NCBI RefSeq assembly: GCF_964188315.1
Contig: NC_135655.1
Span: 107,446,001-107,510,000, forward strand
DNA length: 64,000 nucleotides
Direction: 5' to 3'
From: Podarcis muralis
Taxonomy: Eukaryota
Under the pieces are notes generated by a model, which was not told the origin of the DNA, did not search any database, and saw nothing but the letters and a program-made list of their open reading frames with translations. The position numbers and the translations under genes were made by a program. This document shows, piece by piece, positions 62,647-64,000 of the stretch; the first letter of the stretch is position 1, and each line of letters opens with the position of its first letter.

Positions 62647-64000
62647 CTAATCTATTAAAATCACATTATGCCTGATAAGAAAGCAGTAAGCCACTCTGAT
62701 TGCTGAGTGACAGACTTAAGAACAGTCTCAACACATTCTTTATGGCATTCAGCCAATCTCTCTAGGAACACAATGACCCCAACTTTATTCATAAATCTTA
62801 GTTTGAAAAATACTCTATTCCCTAAAGCAATTCTCAGCACTCCTTTAAAAGCTTTGGTGGGGCGGGGGGGGGGGGGAATCAGATTAGAGTTAAACAGGTT
62901 ATGCAGATGTTATGAGAATGTAACTTCTAAAAATAATTTCATAGATCAATTTAAGTAAACTTCAAATAGAAATCTCACCTTCTGCACAGCACACCACTTG
63001 TGTGTTATATAATTCTGCTCTCAAATTATCAGATTGATATAGTAACTGTGAAAGAAAGCCTTAGACACAAAAGGACGCTTGTGCTTTAAATGGATTTCTG
63101 TCTTGAAAGTTTTATGCCAATACATTATGTACAGTATCTGATGGAGCTATTATGCTTGACATTGTTTTTTTAGAATGCCTCCAGGTGGACAAGAAGAGAA
63201 TAAATCCTTTTAATATATATGCTCACCAAATGCATTCATAAAAGCTATATTAGGGAGGAAGATTTTGGTATTATCTCCTAACTCTTATTGCAATTTTCTA
63301 TAGGAAAAAATAAAGTACAACTTAGACATATTTGGTGAAAGAACATACAAAATAAAAATAAATAAATACCAGGTACATTGGGTTGGATCCAAACCTAGAC
63401 CCAATCCATGCAGTGTCCTCTTATTCTGCAGTTGCTACATTATCTGAGACGAAGGCATGGTTTGGCTTACTGTTATGTTTGAACCAACCTGTTTCATCCG
63501 ACCACAAACCATTATTGACAAAAAGCAATAAGGATTGTGTCACATTTTTGTCTGATGTGCATAAAAAACAAGTTGCAAAACTTTGAAATGTCAATGAAAG
63601 AAAGAAACTTCAAATATATAAATCTGAGGCCCCCTTTGAGTTTAAGGACCTGGGACTAATAGCCCTCCTGAACACTCCTCTCCCATACGGCCCGCCTATC
63701 TATATCCCATACTCCTTCCACTGCCATGAAGCTGACCCTCACTGACACACAGCTACTGAAAGCCAAACATAATCACAGAAATAGCACTTAGGTAATGCCT
63801 AAGAGAAAGTGCCATAAACTAACAGCTGTGACATATAATCAATGGCGCTCCTGGTAAAACAATATTCAGAATAACCTTGCTTATTTAAAACAACATCCAA
63901 TATGTACATAGAATGTTCTAACCAAGCCATTTAAAAAATGATCACAGGTATCCAAAGAAGGTGGGTGAATCCTTATGTACTTCAAAGAGAGTTTCATGCT

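Larger units (their letters stand above)
26796..64000 (-). other. FIGN: Probable long FIGN intron upstream of the terminal coding exon (extends beyond the window)
   Basis: No exon encoding MISSTSVYG found in 26.8-64 kb. Vertebrate FIGN has a very long intron at this position (recalled). The sequence is non-coding with scattered TE relics. Confidence 0.7.

Noticed and set aside
63843-63857. Reverse CTCF-like motif ggcgctcctggtaa
   Set aside because: It needs a gap or several mismatches to fit the core consensus.
26796-64000. FIGN upstream coding exon (MISSTSVYG)
   Set aside because: I searched for its reverse complement by eye and did not find it. It probably lies beyond the window.

Overview
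Vertebrate genomic DNA, most likely a lacertid lizard, judged from Sauria-type and other squamate SINEs, L2/CR1 relics and TcMar/hAT MITEs. The only protein-coding gene I can support is fidgetin (FIGN, AAA+ ATPase of the spastin/katanin group) on the minus strand. Its large terminal coding exon is 26795..24547, with a phase-1 acceptor. A long, almost TE-free 3'UTR probably follows, down to about 16.75 kb. Everything to the right of 26.8 kb is probably the long upstream intron; I did not find the short exon encoding the N-terminal MISSTSVYG in the window. All other ORF-track entries look like noise, repeat relics or N-run artefacts. I see no evidence of a wholly new multi-gene system. The most interesting observations are: (i) nine odd-length N-runs confined to the first 28.6 kb that may be hard-masked ultraconserved elements; (ii) a candidate proximal alternative exon/donor that would create an overlapping uORF; (iii) let-7/miR-30 seed sites and a hairpin in the 3'UTR; (iv) co-oriented CTCF-like motifs; (v) chimeric or compound repeats. 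Repeat family names and comparisons to human FIGN come from memory and need database confirmation.
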